In this document: piece by piece, positions 48,719 through 58,820 of the stretch
Position numbering within the stretch: position 1 is the stretch's first letter
Layout of the letters: each line of letters begins with the position of its first letter
From: an uncultured Pseudobdellovibrionaceae bacterium
GTDB taxonomy: Bacteria > Bdellovibrionota > FAC87 > UBA2466
Assembly (NCBI GenBank): GCA_964492125.1
Contig: CAZBJE010000005.1
Span: forward strand, 8,964-72,963
Length of the DNA stretch: 64,000 nt
Direction: 5' to 3'
The notes under the pieces: generated by a model
What the model was told of the DNA's origin: nothing
Seen by the model: only the letters and a program-made list of their open reading frames with translations
Database searches by the model: none
Translations under genes and position numbers: made by a program

Positions 48719-49841
48719 ATGGACGGCGGAGCAGGAACAGCTCGGCCAAACGCTAGCGAATTTTGCAGCCACGGAACTCGCGCCTCGCGCAGCGGAGCTC
48801 GACGAAGTCGAAGGGTTTAACGACAGCGCGTTCCGCAAAATGGCGGATCTGGGCCTTTTGGGCATAACGGCCAGCGAAGAATATGGCGGTGCTCACCAAG
48901 GCTGCGTTGAAGCGACTCTTGTGATGGAAAAATTCGGCGCGGCCTGCGCCTCCACCACCCTCTCCTATTTAGCGCACTCGATCCTCTGCGTGAACAACCT
49001 AAACGAAAACGCTTCGGCCGCGCAGAAGCAAAAGTACCTACCCAATCTGATCTCCGGCAAATGGATCGGCGCCATGGCCATGACCGAGCCAGATGCCGGT
49101 AGCGATGCGCTGGGCCTTTCCACTCGCGCTGAGAAAAAGGGCGGCAAGTATATTCTCAACGGCGCCAAGACCTACATCACCAACGGCAGCCTGGCCGACG
49201 TGTTCGTGGTTTACGCCAAAACCGGCAACACCAAAAAAGACATTTCCACTTTCATAGTAGAGAAAAATTTCCCCGGCTTCTCGGTCGCTCGCAAGCTTAA
49301 GAAGATGGGCATGCGCGCCTCTCCGACTTGCGAACTCGCATTTGAAAACTGTGAGGTACCGGAAGAAAACCTGATCGGTAAACCCGGTGAAAGCGTTTCG
49401 CATATGATGCGCAACTTAAACATCGAGCGCATCACCATCTCCGGGATCTCGGTGGGCATCGCCCAGGCCTGTTTGGAATACGCCAATCGGTTTGCTCACG
49501 AACGCAAGCAGTTCGGCGCCCCCCTTTCCAGTTTTCAAATGGTGCAAGAACGCATCGCCGAAATGGCCACTCAGAACGAAGCCGCGCGGGCGCTTGTCTA
49601 CGCGTCCGCTCGATCTTATGACAGAGGAGATCGTTCGATGGCCTTGGGGGCCATGAGCAAGCTTTTCAGCGCGCAAGTCGCGACTCAAGCGGGCTTGGAT
49701 GCGATCCAAATCCTCGGCGGCGCGGGATACATGAAGGAGTATCCCGTGGAACGTTATATGCGAGACGCCAAACTCATGGAAATTGGCGCGGGCACTAACG
49801 AGATTATGCGTTTGCTCATCGCGCGCTCCCTGACGCCCTAA
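48708..49841 (+). CDS. Acyl-CoA dehydrogenase (short/branched-chain type)
   Basis: 377 aa from internal ATG (MKGEWTAEQEQL...). The ACAD pattern is present: AMTEPDAGSDA...ILNGAKTYITNG...catalytic-base region...GGAGYMKEYPVERYMRDAK. Confidence 0.85.
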   Translation: MKGEWTAEQEQLGQTLANFAATELAPRAAELDEVEGFNDSAFRKMADLGLLGITASEEYGGAHQGCVEATLVMEKFGAACASTTLSYLAHSILCVNNLNENASAAQKQKYLPNLISGKWIGAMAMTEPDAGSDALGLSTRAEKKGGKYILNGAKTYITNGSLADVFVVYAKTGNTKKDISTFIVEKNFPGFSVARKLKKMGMRASPTCELAFENCEVPEENLIGKPGESVSHMMRNLNIERITISGISVGIAQACLEYANRFAHERKQFGAPLSSFQMVQERIAEMATQNEAARALVYASARSYDRGDRSMALGAMSKLFSAQVATQAGLDAIQILGGAGYMKEYPVERYMRDAKLMEIGAGTNEIMRLLIARSLTP

Positions 49842-49859
49842 TTAAGAAGAGACTTACCA

Positions 49860-51011
49860 GTGCCACTTCGTTTTTTACGCCAGATCAAACACGACGAACG
49901 CCAAACCCGAGAAAAAACGGCGCAGTTTGTGGCCGCCTATGTCCGCCCAACCGTGGATGAGGATGACGCCCGCGCCGTTTTTCGCCGGGAACTCTTCGAT
50001 CAGGTCGCCCAACTGGGTCTCCACGCCTATTCCCAGCCGATCGAATGGGGCGGGGGCGGCGGCTCGCACCGCTGCTACTACGCGTTTTTAGAAGAATTGG
50101 GCCGTGGTTCGCTTTCGCTTTCGGTGTCAGTCGGCGTCACCAACCTGGTCCAAGGGGCGATTGCCCACTTTGGCACGGACGCGCAGAAAGACGAGTTTCT
50201 CCGGCCTCTCACGGCGGGAAAATACTTGGGGGCCTTTTCGCTTTCCGAACCGCAATCTGGTTCCGATGCTTCGGCACTGCGCCTTCCCGCCCGCAAGGAA
50301 AAAGGCGGCTATCGACTCAATGGCACCAAGATCTGGTGCAGCAACGCCGGGCACGCCGACCTCTATTTGGTCATGGCTCGCACGGGGGAACATAAAAGCA
50401 AGGGCATCACTTCTTTCTTGGTACCCGCCCAAACCCCCGGTTTGCGCGTCGGTAAATACGAAAAAAAACTTGGGCTGCGCGCCTCCACGCTAGCGGAATT
50501 GGTATTTGAAGACTGCTTTATTCCAGATAGCCAGCGGCTGGGCGAAGAAGGCCAAGGCTTTCAAGTCGCGCTTTCACAATTAGACGCGGGCCGGATTTCG
50601 ATCGCGGCCGCTGGGATCGCGGCTGCCAGCGAAGCATTGGAAACCGCCTGGAAATACTTCGCTGCCAAAGCCACGCCCGAAGCCCCGTTTGCCGAAGGCA
50701 CCCAGCACCTGTTTGCCGACTATTTCGCTCGGCTCCTGTCCGTTAAGGCACTCATGGGAATCGCAGCCATCCGCCGCGATAAGGGCCACAACATGACGGT
50801 CATGGCATCCAGCCTGAAATTGCTCAGTAGTGAACTGGCCGTGCAAGTCTGTCATGACGCCGTCCATCACATGGGGTATGACTGTGTCCGCTCTGGCAGT
50901 GGCGTGGAGCGGAATTTGCGAGACAGCAAAGCCCTACAGATCGTGGAAGGTACCAACCAAATCCAACGACTGGTCCTCGCCCGAAACTTGGATGAGATGC
51001 TAAAAAAATGA
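49860..51011 (+). CDS. Acyl-CoA dehydrogenase (second, tandem)
   Basis: 383 aa with a GTG start. Motifs are FSLSEPQSGSDA, LNGTKIWCSNA and C-terminal IVEGTNQIQRLVLAR. Confidence 0.8.
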   Translation: MPLRFLRQIKHDERQTREKTAQFVAAYVRPTVDEDDARAVFRRELFDQVAQLGLHAYSQPIEWGGGGGSHRCYYAFLEELGRGSLSLSVSVGVTNLVQGAIAHFGTDAQKDEFLRPLTAGKYLGAFSLSEPQSGSDASALRLPARKEKGGYRLNGTKIWCSNAGHADLYLVMARTGEHKSKGITSFLVPAQTPGLRVGKYEKKLGLRASTLAELVFEDCFIPDSQRLGEEGQGFQVALSQLDAGRISIAAAGIAAASEALETAWKYFAAKATPEAPFAEGTQHLFADYFARLLSVKALMGIAAIRRDKGHNMTVMASSLKLLSSELAVQVCHDAVHHMGYDCVRSGSGVERNLRDSKALQIVEGTNQIQRLVLARNLDEMLKK

Positions 51012-52282
51012 AAACGCAGTGGGAACTTCCTGGATTTACGCTCGACACCTCCACTCTCTGGAATCAAAACAAAGGCCCCAAAGACAGCGATGTCGAAGAA
51101 GGACGCCTGGTCTCCGCCGAACAGCGCTTCCGCGATAAAATGGCCGCGAACCTCACTGGCTTTTACGATTTACCAACCCAGTCGATCACCAGCAACCCAG
51201 TGGAAGTTCTCGCCCTGGCGAAGCGCCTGCGTGAATACTTCGAAGCCGCAATGGTCATTGGAATAGGCGGCTCGTACTTGGGAGCCGCCAGCGTGGTCCA
51301 AGCCCTCGGCGATGGAAAGTACCCCCTCACCTGGGTCAGCAACATCGACCCGGCCGCCATCCGGCAAGCCCGCGAAAGAATCGGCGAGCGGCGGCATTCC
51401 ACGATTGTGGTGAGCAAGTCCGGCAATACTACCGAGACTCTGGCCGCTTTTTACCACTTTAGTCGCCTACTAGATCCAAAGGGCTTTGTGACCATCACCG
51501 ATCCCAGCTCGGGCGAGTTGCGTCGATTAACCAAAGAGAATGAGTGGACCAGCTTAGAAGTACCCACCAAAGTCGGAGGCCGCTTTAGCGTTTTTACTCC
51601 GGTGGGTTTGCTCCCTTGTGCCCTCGCTGGCGTCGACATCGTGGGCTTGATCGAAGGCGCCAACCGCATGCGCTCCCTGCTCGAAGACTGCAAACCGGAA
51701 AACAACCCGGCGCATCTTTTCGCCTTGGCGCTCCATCTCTGGGATGAAGAACACGGCCATGGACAGCAGTACCTAATGCCCTATTGGAGCAACCTGGCGC
51801 TATTGGCCGATTGGTACGTACAAATCTGGGGTGAGAGCCTGGGCAAAATCGACCCCTCCGGACGGCGGGTAGGCCCCACTCCGGTGGCAGCACTCGGCAC
51901 AACAGATCAGCATTCCCTGCTCCAGCTTTTCAAAGATGGTCCAGCCAATAAAGTAGTGGGTTTTATCGACGTATTGGCGCAGGGGCCGGAAACCACAGTG
52001 GGCGCTCCTAGCTTCCGCGCGGGCGACGCCGGCTACTTGTCCCGGCATACCTTTGAAAACATTTCCCATGAAGCGTGTAAGGCGACCCAAAAGAGTTTAA
52101 TCAACTCCAACGTGCCGACTTACCGCCTCACGGTGCGGCGACTAGATCCCCAAACGTTGGGGGCGATGATTTTCTTCTTCGAAACCGCCACTGCTATCGC
52201 GGGTGAGCTCTATGGGGTCAATGCCTTCGACCAACCGGGCGTCGAGGAGTCCAAAAAACTACTGCATGCGGCCCTCACTTAA
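51008..52282 (+). CDS. pgi: Glucose-6-phosphate isomerase (short bacterial form)
   Basis: 424 aa with the PGI signature VVSKSGNTTETLAAF and SIS-domain architecture. The ATG overlaps the upstream stop (ATGA). Confidence 0.85.
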   Translation: MKTQWELPGFTLDTSTLWNQNKGPKDSDVEEGRLVSAEQRFRDKMAANLTGFYDLPTQSITSNPVEVLALAKRLREYFEAAMVIGIGGSYLGAASVVQALGDGKYPLTWVSNIDPAAIRQARERIGERRHSTIVVSKSGNTTETLAAFYHFSRLLDPKGFVTITDPSSGELRRLTKENEWTSLEVPTKVGGRFSVFTPVGLLPCALAGVDIVGLIEGANRMRSLLEDCKPENNPAHLFALALHLWDEEHGHGQQYLMPYWSNLALLADWYVQIWGESLGKIDPSGRRVGPTPVAALGTTDQHSLLQLFKDGPANKVVGFIDVLAQGPETTVGAPSFRAGDAGYLSRHTFENISHEACKATQKSLINSNVPTYRLTVRRLDPQTLGAMIFFFETATAIAGELYGVNAFDQPGVEESKKLLHAALT

Positions 52283-52300
52283 AGCCGCTATAATAGTGGG

Positions 52301-53212
52301 ATGGCGGATGATGACGAAAAGTCGCTATCAGACAAAACCGAAGTAGCCGAGAGTCAAACACTCAAGATTCGCTTGGAACAAGCGAAGTCGGCATCGCCCT
52401 GCTTAGTGGTGATTTCGGGTAAACCCTTGGGCAAATCGTTCTTTTTGACCAAGCCTTCTATGGTCATGGGCCGCGACCTTACCGCCGATATCAGCATTGG
52501 CGAGACGTCGATTTCCCGGCGCCACACCGAATTCAACGTCACGCCCGAAGGAATCATCTGCAAAGACTTGGGCAGCACCAACGGCACCTTTATCAACGAC
52601 GTCCGCTGCGGCAGCCAGCTTTTGGTCGACGGCGATCTCATTCGCTGCGGCAACACGATCGTGAAGTTTCTCAAAGAAGGCAAAATCGAAAACATCCACT
52701 ACGAGAAGATGTACGATTTGGCCACTCGTGACGCACTGACCCAGGCGTTGAATCGCAAAGCGATTTTGGATCTCATCGCCGAAGAATTCCAACGCTCCAG
52801 CAGCCGGGACTTGCCGCTCACGATCTTGCTGCTCGATATCGATCACTTTAAAAACATCAACGACACCTACGGCCACCCTGCGGGCGACTACGTATTGAAA
52901 GAAACCTGCGCGCTGATCATGAATAAAATGATCCGCTCCCAGGATGCTTTGGGCCGCTACGGCGGCGAAGAGTTCGCCTTGTTGCTACGCGAAACCAAAT
53001 TGCAAGTCGCGGTGGATGTAGCCGAGCGCATTCGCATCGCCGTTGAAAAGCAAAACTACACGTTTGAAGAAAAGCAAATCCAAGTCCATATCAGCATCGG
53101 TGTCGCCACTTTGGATTCCACCTCCAAAAGCTCTGACGACCTCATCGCCACTGCGGACCGCGCACTCTACGACGCCAAGAACCAAGGCCGAAACCGCGTC
53201 TGCGTCCGATAA
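52301..53212 (+). CDS. FHA-domain diguanylate cyclase (FHA-GGDEF)
   Basis: The N-terminal FHA domain spans residues ~30-110 (VVISGKPLGKSFFLTK...SRRHTEF...DLGSTNGTFIND). The C-terminal GGDEF domain carries GGEEF (RYGGEEFALLL) and a DxLT (RxxD-less) region. Confidence 0.8.
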   Translation: MADDDEKSLSDKTEVAESQTLKIRLEQAKSASPCLVVISGKPLGKSFFLTKPSMVMGRDLTADISIGETSISRRHTEFNVTPEGIICKDLGSTNGTFINDVRCGSQLLVDGDLIRCGNTIVKFLKEGKIENIHYEKMYDLATRDALTQALNRKAILDLIAEEFQRSSSRDLPLTILLLDIDHFKNINDTYGHPAGDYVLKETCALIMNKMIRSQDALGRYGGEEFALLLRETKLQVAVDVAERIRIAVEKQNYTFEEKQIQVHISIGVATLDSTSKSSDDLIATADRALYDAKNQGRNRVCVR

Positions 53213-53269
53213 CCGCCAACCCGAAAATATATTTTAACCACCGTTAAAATCGTGGTATGCCCCCGCCCT

Positions 53270-53890
53270 ATGAAGTTTCTGTTGCATCGGATGCTAGGGG
53301 TGGCGATCGCACTCCTGAGTACGACGGCCCTTTCCAAAATCTGGGAAATGGAAATAGAAGTGCGTTGTTCTGGGCCTCAGGCAAAGGCATTGGTAGAGAC
53401 ACTAGTGGCAAGCCAGCAGTCTTTCGGGATCCAGGTCTTGGGTTCAACCGAAACTCCCGAGGGGACTAGCATCCAGATTTCAGCCTCCGATCCAAACGGC
53501 ATAGTGGACGTCCAACTCCTTTGTTCTCAGCGAATGTCACTAAAAACAGAGCCCGGTTATCTGCGAGGGTACTCAATTGCGAATCACCCCATTTTTCTCG
53601 ATGCCGTCGAACAAGGGAGCTTCCGCCTACCTGAGCTGGCCCGGCACGAGCAATACGCGGCCCCCGTGGATCTGAAGCGCCTGAGCGGAATAACACGGGA
53701 GGAATTGCGGGACACCTACGGCCTCGAGTTCAGTGGTTTCAACAGCGACATTGGTGTCCTCAGAGGCACACGCGAACAGATCGTCCGCGTCGCGGCAGAA
53801 AAGGGTTTTCACCCCTACGATCCTCGATTCGGCGGAACACCCCCCGCCTCCGATTGCCCAAAACTCATTGCGCCACCGGCCATCCCCTAA
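53270..53890 (+). CDS. Hypothetical secreted protein
   Basis: The start is chosen at MKFLLHRMLGVAIALLSTTALS (signal peptide). ~206 aa. Confidence 0.4.
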   Translation: MKFLLHRMLGVAIALLSTTALSKIWEMEIEVRCSGPQAKALVETLVASQQSFGIQVLGSTETPEGTSIQISASDPNGIVDVQLLCSQRMSLKTEPGYLRGYSIANHPIFLDAVEQGSFRLPELARHEQYAAPVDLKRLSGITREELRDTYGLEFSGFNSDIGVLRGTREQIVRVAAEKGFHPYDPRFGGTPPASDCPKLIAPPAIP

Positions 53891-54008
53891 CGGACTGTCT
53901 GCTATCCAGACGTCCTCCACCTGTATGCGCCAGCCTACGGCACCGGCATGGATGTTGTAAGAGGTAAGGGAAACGGGATCTGTCTGCGTAGTTTAGTTGG
54001 GGGAGTTC

Positions 54009-54491
54009 ATGAAGCGATCCAAATTAATGCAATTCATCTTACTCGGCGTCGTGATGCTGGCGTTGGCAAATTGCGCGGGCAAAAAACCCAAGTGCGGTTC
54101 GGAATGCAAATCCAACCCTGAGAAGGAAGCGGCGGAGAAAGCCGCGCGCGAAGCCAAAGCCGTTCAGCTGACTCCTAAACAGAGAGCCGATCTGCAACAG
54201 GGAATGGACCAAGCGTTGAACAACCTCAACGACGGTGGTGGGGTCCCTGCGCCCGATCCGGCTGCACCTGAAGTACCCGGAGGCTTGCCGGATGCCGCTC
54301 CTGCAGCGATGTTCGGTGCCGACGGCCAAACGCTCTTGGTGCGCCAAGGACCGCAAGAGTCGCCGGCTTTTAATAACCGGTTTTTGAACCCGACTCAGTC
54401 CGAAGCCCTGGCGATGCACCGACGGCAAACACCTCGTGGCGTAGCCTCGGTGCCCGGGCACAGCGGCCTGAACGACGTTCCGAGCATTTAA
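54009..54491 (+). CDS. Hypothetical lipoprotein
   Basis: The start is chosen at MKRSKLMQFILLGVVMLALANCAG (lipobox LANC). It has a lysine-rich helical segment followed by a Pro/Ala-rich tail. Confidence 0.45.
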   Translation: MKRSKLMQFILLGVVMLALANCAGKKPKCGSECKSNPEKEAAEKAAREAKAVQLTPKQRADLQQGMDQALNNLNDGGGVPAPDPAAPEVPGGLPDAAPAAMFGADGQTLLVRQGPQESPAFNNRFLNPTQSEALAMHRRQTPRGVASVPGHSGLNDVPSI

Positions 54492-54890
54492 TTAATGGCC
54501 CGATAACCCGCGCCAGGCCCCTTAGCTGCCGCCGCGGCTCCCCGTGCCGCGGCATTGCCCTGGTTCCCCTTGCGGCTCTTTCTGAGCCCTCACCCTTTTG
54601 ATTGTGGGAATCCCTAGAGCACGTTCGGTGCCAATGGTTTAGACAGCTTCCTTATTGCATAAAATCCAACACTTACATCAACTCCATTGACTTGCGCGCA
54701 GGGGCACCGCTGTCCAAAAAATCGACAGTCGTCCAAGAAATCGTCGATCCGCGCGCGCTAAACCCACGAGATCGCGGCGGCTTCGCGCGACTGTCTAAAA
54801 ACCTGACACTAGCGTCTAAACTTTAGACACCCGCTTCCCGGCGAGGCCGAGTTTGACGAGCCTAGCGGCCCCGCTTATCGTCTCCCTGAT

Positions 54891-56666
54891 TTGGAAACCA
54901 CTCTATCCCGCATTCATCGCATCCCCGATATTCTGGTGAACCAGATTGCCGCCGGCGAGGTCGTGGAACGCCCCGCCAGTGCCCTCAAGGAACTGGTCGA
55001 GAACAGCCTAGACGCCGGCTGCCGGCGAATTGAAGTGCTCTTAAACGAGGGGGGCATGGCCGAGCTGACCGTCATCGATGACGGAAGCGGCATCCACCCC
55101 GACGATTTGGCGCTCTGCCTGGAGCGACACGCTACCAGCAAAATCAGAGCCTCCGATGATCTCGAATCCATCGCCACCTACGGCTTTCGGGGAGAAGCGC
55201 TGGCAAGTATCGCCAGCGTCGCCGAAGTAGAGCTCAAGAGCCGGACCGCCGGCGCCAGTAGCGCGCTTTTCTTAGCCATGCACTACGGCGAAAGCCAAGG
55301 CGAACCGCGCCCGGTGGGTGCGCCGCAGGGAACTTCGATTACCGTTCGAAATCTTTTTGCGCGATTGCCGGCACGGCAGAAATTTATGCGTTCTGCGTCC
55401 ACCGAGTTTTCTCATTGCGCCCGAGTCGTGAAAGAACTCGCGGTCGGCAATCCCCAAGTGAGTTTCGCGCTCCATCACCAGGGCAGGCGCGTGAACGCGT
55501 ATGTAGCGCCCACGCGCGAGGGGCGAATCCAAGAAGCTTTTTCTTGGACGTGGAAACCGCTGCGTGTGGAAGAATACGCGGACGGGCTCTCGATTGACGC
55601 TTTTCTCACTCCCGGCGATCGCACATCCGATCGAGGCGAATTGCTGCTTTATATCAACCAACGCCCGGTACGAAACCGCGGGTTGCTCCAAGCCGTTCGC
55701 CAAGCGTACTCGTCGACATTGGGCCCGCACCATGAACCCAGCGGCGTCGTTTATCTCGATATCCGCAAAGACTGGGTCGATGTGAACGTCCACCCGCAAA
55801 AAACCGAAGTGCGCTGTCTGCGACAGGAAAATCTTTATAGCTGGCTTCTAGCAGCGATCCGCAAAGCCATTTCTACCCAACCGAGTATCCGTTCTTTGCA
55901 TGTCCCGGCCGTTTCATCCGCCCCACTCCCCCCCATGGCACCGCTGGAAAGCTATCAGCCGCCCACGGCTTATGTGCGGCCGGTACAGATTGCCTTGGAT
56001 GATACGAGTGAAACGCTTTTCGCCGATCGAGTGGCGGAACCGTCGGCCGCGTACGAGGCAGCTGCTCCGGTCACGCCCCCACCGCGGCAGTGGCGCTATC
56101 TCGGACAGGCCAAGGCCGCCTATCTCATCTGCGAAGACGCCCAGGGCGTGCTCTTGGTGGATCAACACGCTCTGCATGAAAAATTTCGTTTTGAGGAGCT
56201 GCGCCGGAAGGTGGAGACGGAAGGGCTGGGATCCCAGCGCTTGCTCTTGCCCCGGATTTTGCGCTTACCCAGCGACTTGGCCCCGTTAATGGAGGAGTGC
56301 CACGCCGAACTCGCCCGATTCGGATTTGAGATCGAAGGTTTTGGCGACGGCGACTGGGCGATAAAGGCTCTGCCGGAGCTGGTTTCGGAAACCGAGGCCG
56401 AGGCTATTGTGCTGGAGACGTTGCGCGAGATCCGCAAAGCCGAGCAGAGCGCGGCCGAAGTGACCTCCCGCGCCCTTACCCCGGTACTGGCTACCATCGC
56501 CTGCCATTCCGTCGTACGCGCAGGTCAGGTATTATCTCCATTCGAGGCCGAAGCACTTTTAGAAAACATCGATGCCTTGGAACTGGGCTGGACATGCCCC
56601 CACGGTCGCCCCGTGGTGTTCCGGGTGGGTTACAACGACATCGAAAAACATTTCGAGAGAAAATAA
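54891..56666 (+). CDS. mutL: DNA mismatch repair protein MutL
   Basis: 591 aa. The GHKL ATPase motifs are NQIAAGEVVERPASALKELVENSLDAG, DDGSGI and GFRGEAL. The C-terminal dimerisation domain is present. Confidence 0.9.
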   Translation: METTLSRIHRIPDILVNQIAAGEVVERPASALKELVENSLDAGCRRIEVLLNEGGMAELTVIDDGSGIHPDDLALCLERHATSKIRASDDLESIATYGFRGEALASIASVAEVELKSRTAGASSALFLAMHYGESQGEPRPVGAPQGTSITVRNLFARLPARQKFMRSASTEFSHCARVVKELAVGNPQVSFALHHQGRRVNAYVAPTREGRIQEAFSWTWKPLRVEEYADGLSIDAFLTPGDRTSDRGELLLYINQRPVRNRGLLQAVRQAYSSTLGPHHEPSGVVYLDIRKDWVDVNVHPQKTEVRCLRQENLYSWLLAAIRKAISTQPSIRSLHVPAVSSAPLPPMAPLESYQPPTAYVRPVQIALDDTSETLFADRVAEPSAAYEAAAPVTPPPRQWRYLGQAKAAYLICEDAQGVLLVDQHALHEKFRFEELRRKVETEGLGSQRLLLPRILRLPSDLAPLMEECHAELARFGFEIEGFGDGDWAIKALPELVSETEAEAIVLETLREIRKAEQSAAEVTSRALTPVLATIACHSVVRAGQVLSPFEAEALLENIDALELGWTCPHGRPVVFRVGYNDIEKHFERK

Positions 56667-56677
56667 GGGGACGCCCG

Positions 56678-57601
56678 ATGCACCGAAAACTTTGCTTAGC
56701 GATTGTGGGCCCCACTGCCTCTGGCAAAACCGGCTTCGCTGTAGAAGTCGCCGCCAAATTGGGCGGTGAAATTGTTTGCGTCGATTCCACTACCATCTAC
56801 CAAGGTTTTGACATTGGGACGAGCAAGCCTACCGCCGAACAGCGCAAAGCAGTGCCGCACCACCTGTTAGATATTTTGGCGCCCGATGCCGCCTTCAGTG
56901 CTTTTGATTTTGTCGCCAAGGCCCGGGGAGTGATCGAGGACATTTCTAGCCGGGGCAAACTCCCCATCTTAGTCGGTGGCAGTTATTTCTACCTGCGCGC
57001 TCTGCAAAACGGAATGTACCCCACCGGCGCCTACGACGACGATGCGCTGGACAAGATCGCCCAAGAATTTACGGAGGCCGACGCCATCAACGGTGAAAAG
57101 CTCCATGCTGCTCTGGCGAATGCCGACAGCAAAACGGCCGAGGCCATCCACCCAAACGACAGCTACCGGCTGCTGCGAGCTATGGCGCTGGTGCGTTCGG
57201 GCGTTTTGCCGAGCCAGCAAAAACCAGCGCATGCCCTGGGGCCCGAATACCTTTGGGTGAAATACGCTATGGCAGTTTCGCGCAAAACCCTCACCGAAAA
57301 TATCCAACTGCGGATTGAGTACATGCTGCGCGCTGGCCTGGTGGATGAAACCCGGAAAATGATGGCCACCCACCCCAAGGCCAAAGCGCTGGGTAGCATC
57401 GGCTACGCGGAGACCCAGAGCTTTTTGCGCGGTGAAATCAATGAGGCGACTTTGGCCCAACAGATCACCGAAAACACTCGCCAGCTTTTAAAACGCCAAG
57501 TCACTTGGCTGCGCTCGGATCCCGAAGTGCGATTCATCGACTCCCGCGATTTGTCTCGGGTGGAGTTAGAAATTGCCAACCTTCGAGCGGTTTTGAATTA
57601 G
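56678..57601 (+). CDS. miaA: tRNA dimethylallyltransferase
   Basis: The start is chosen at MHRKLCLAIVGPTASGKTG (P-loop). DSTTIYQGFDIGTSKPT is typical of MiaA. Length is ~307 aa. Confidence 0.9.
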   Translation: MHRKLCLAIVGPTASGKTGFAVEVAAKLGGEIVCVDSTTIYQGFDIGTSKPTAEQRKAVPHHLLDILAPDAAFSAFDFVAKARGVIEDISSRGKLPILVGGSYFYLRALQNGMYPTGAYDDDALDKIAQEFTEADAINGEKLHAALANADSKTAEAIHPNDSYRLLRAMALVRSGVLPSQQKPAHALGPEYLWVKYAMAVSRKTLTENIQLRIEYMLRAGLVDETRKMMATHPKAKALGSIGYAETQSFLRGEINEATLAQQITENTRQLLKRQVTWLRSDPEVRFIDSRDLSRVELEIANLRAVLN

Positions 57602-57610
57602 GAGTACGCT

Positions 57611-58501
57611 TTGCAGTCCATGACCGGCTTCGGAAGAAGCGAAGGGGTAATCGGCCCCACTCAGTATACCGTTGAAGTCCGCAGCGTGAACCACCGCTAC
57701 CTGGATATGCGCTTTCGGCTACCAGCAGCTTTGGCCGCTTTTGAAAATACATTCGCCGAGATCCTGCGAGCGAAGATCGCGCGCGGCTCGTTGGACATAT
57801 CTATTCGTAGCCGGGCCGTCACTACCGACAAAGGAGTGGAGGGAAACACCCGTTTTGTCGTTGATATGCGGGCGGCCACTAGCCTAGTAGACGCTTGCCA
57901 CGCGCTGCACGCAAAGTTCAAAACGGCCGCGACCCCTTCGCTGGAATTTTTTCAGGCCAGCGGCAAAGTTTTTGTAGCAGTGGAAGAGAGCCAAGAATCC
58001 GCTCCCCTCCCTACCGAACTGCGCGATCTGGTCACCCAAGCACTAGATGCGCTCGTAAAGGCCCGCAACCGCGAAGGCGCCCAAACTCAAACAAGTTTAC
58101 AAAGCACTGTAGCATCGCTCAAAACGCTGTCTGCACAATGGACTCAGGCCGCGGCCGGCCACCCGGAAAAAATCCGCGAACGCCTCACCAAGAAAATCCA
58201 ACAATGGAACCTGGGCGGCACTGCTGACCCACAGCGTCTAGAACTGGAAGTGGCTTTTTTTGCCGACCGCTCCGACATTTCGGAAGAGATCCAGCGCTTC
58301 GAGGCGCACCTAGACGAGTTTTCTCAGCTTTTGTCCGGGAACGGGCCGGTGGGTAGAAAGTTGGATTTTTTGACTCAGGAGTTGCACCGGGAGACGAACA
58401 CGGTAGCCTCCAAGGCCGATGACCTAAGCCTGTCTCGCCTCGCCGTGGAGGCCAAGACAGCCATCGAGAAGCTAAGGGAACAGGTCCAAAATGTCGAATA
58501 A
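57611..58501 (+). CDS. yicC: YicC-family stress-induced protein
   Basis: 296 aa with N-terminus MQSMTGFGRSEG (YicC N-terminal signature) and a C-terminal DUF1732-like region. Confidence 0.8.
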   Translation: MQSMTGFGRSEGVIGPTQYTVEVRSVNHRYLDMRFRLPAALAAFENTFAEILRAKIARGSLDISIRSRAVTTDKGVEGNTRFVVDMRAATSLVDACHALHAKFKTAATPSLEFFQASGKVFVAVEESQESAPLPTELRDLVTQALDALVKARNREGAQTQTSLQSTVASLKTLSAQWTQAAAGHPEKIRERLTKKIQQWNLGGTADPQRLELEVAFFADRSDISEEIQRFEAHLDEFSQLLSGNGPVGRKLDFLTQELHRETNTVASKADDLSLSRLAVEAKTAIEKLREQVQNVE

Positions 58502-58820
58502 AGATAATGAATTGGTCGGTGGCGCGCCGCGGGGCATTAACATCGGGTACGGCAATTTTGTCGCCCCATCCCGCGTGGTGGCCATTCTCGAATCGGGTTC
58601 ATTGCCCATGAAGCGATTGCGCGAACGATCGCAACAGTCAGGGCTTTTGCTCGACGCGACCGCCGGCCGTAAAACTCGGTCGCTTATTGTTTTGGATTCT
58701 CGCCACGTGGTTCTTTCCGCGTTGGCACCGCAGACGTTGAACGAACGGATTTTAGATACGGCCACTCGGGGAATGAGCCCCGGGATGTTGGAAATGCAGG
58801 GGGGCGAACTTGTCTCGTGA
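58491..58820 (+). CDS. DUF370 family protein (RemA/YlzA-like)
   Basis: INIGYGNFVAPSRVVAIL...LLDATAGRKTRSLIVLDSRHVVLSAL is colinear with RemA. It sits in the conserved yicC-DUF370-gmk position. Confidence 0.7.
   Translation: MSNKDNELVGGAPRGINIGYGNFVAPSRVVAILESGSLPMKRLRERSQQSGLLLDATAGRKTRSLIVLDSRHVVLSALAPQTLNERILDTATRGMSPGMLEMQGGELVS

Noticed and set aside
55272-55799. 175-aa minus-strand ORF inside mutL
   Set aside because: It is antisense to mutL and has no supporting features.
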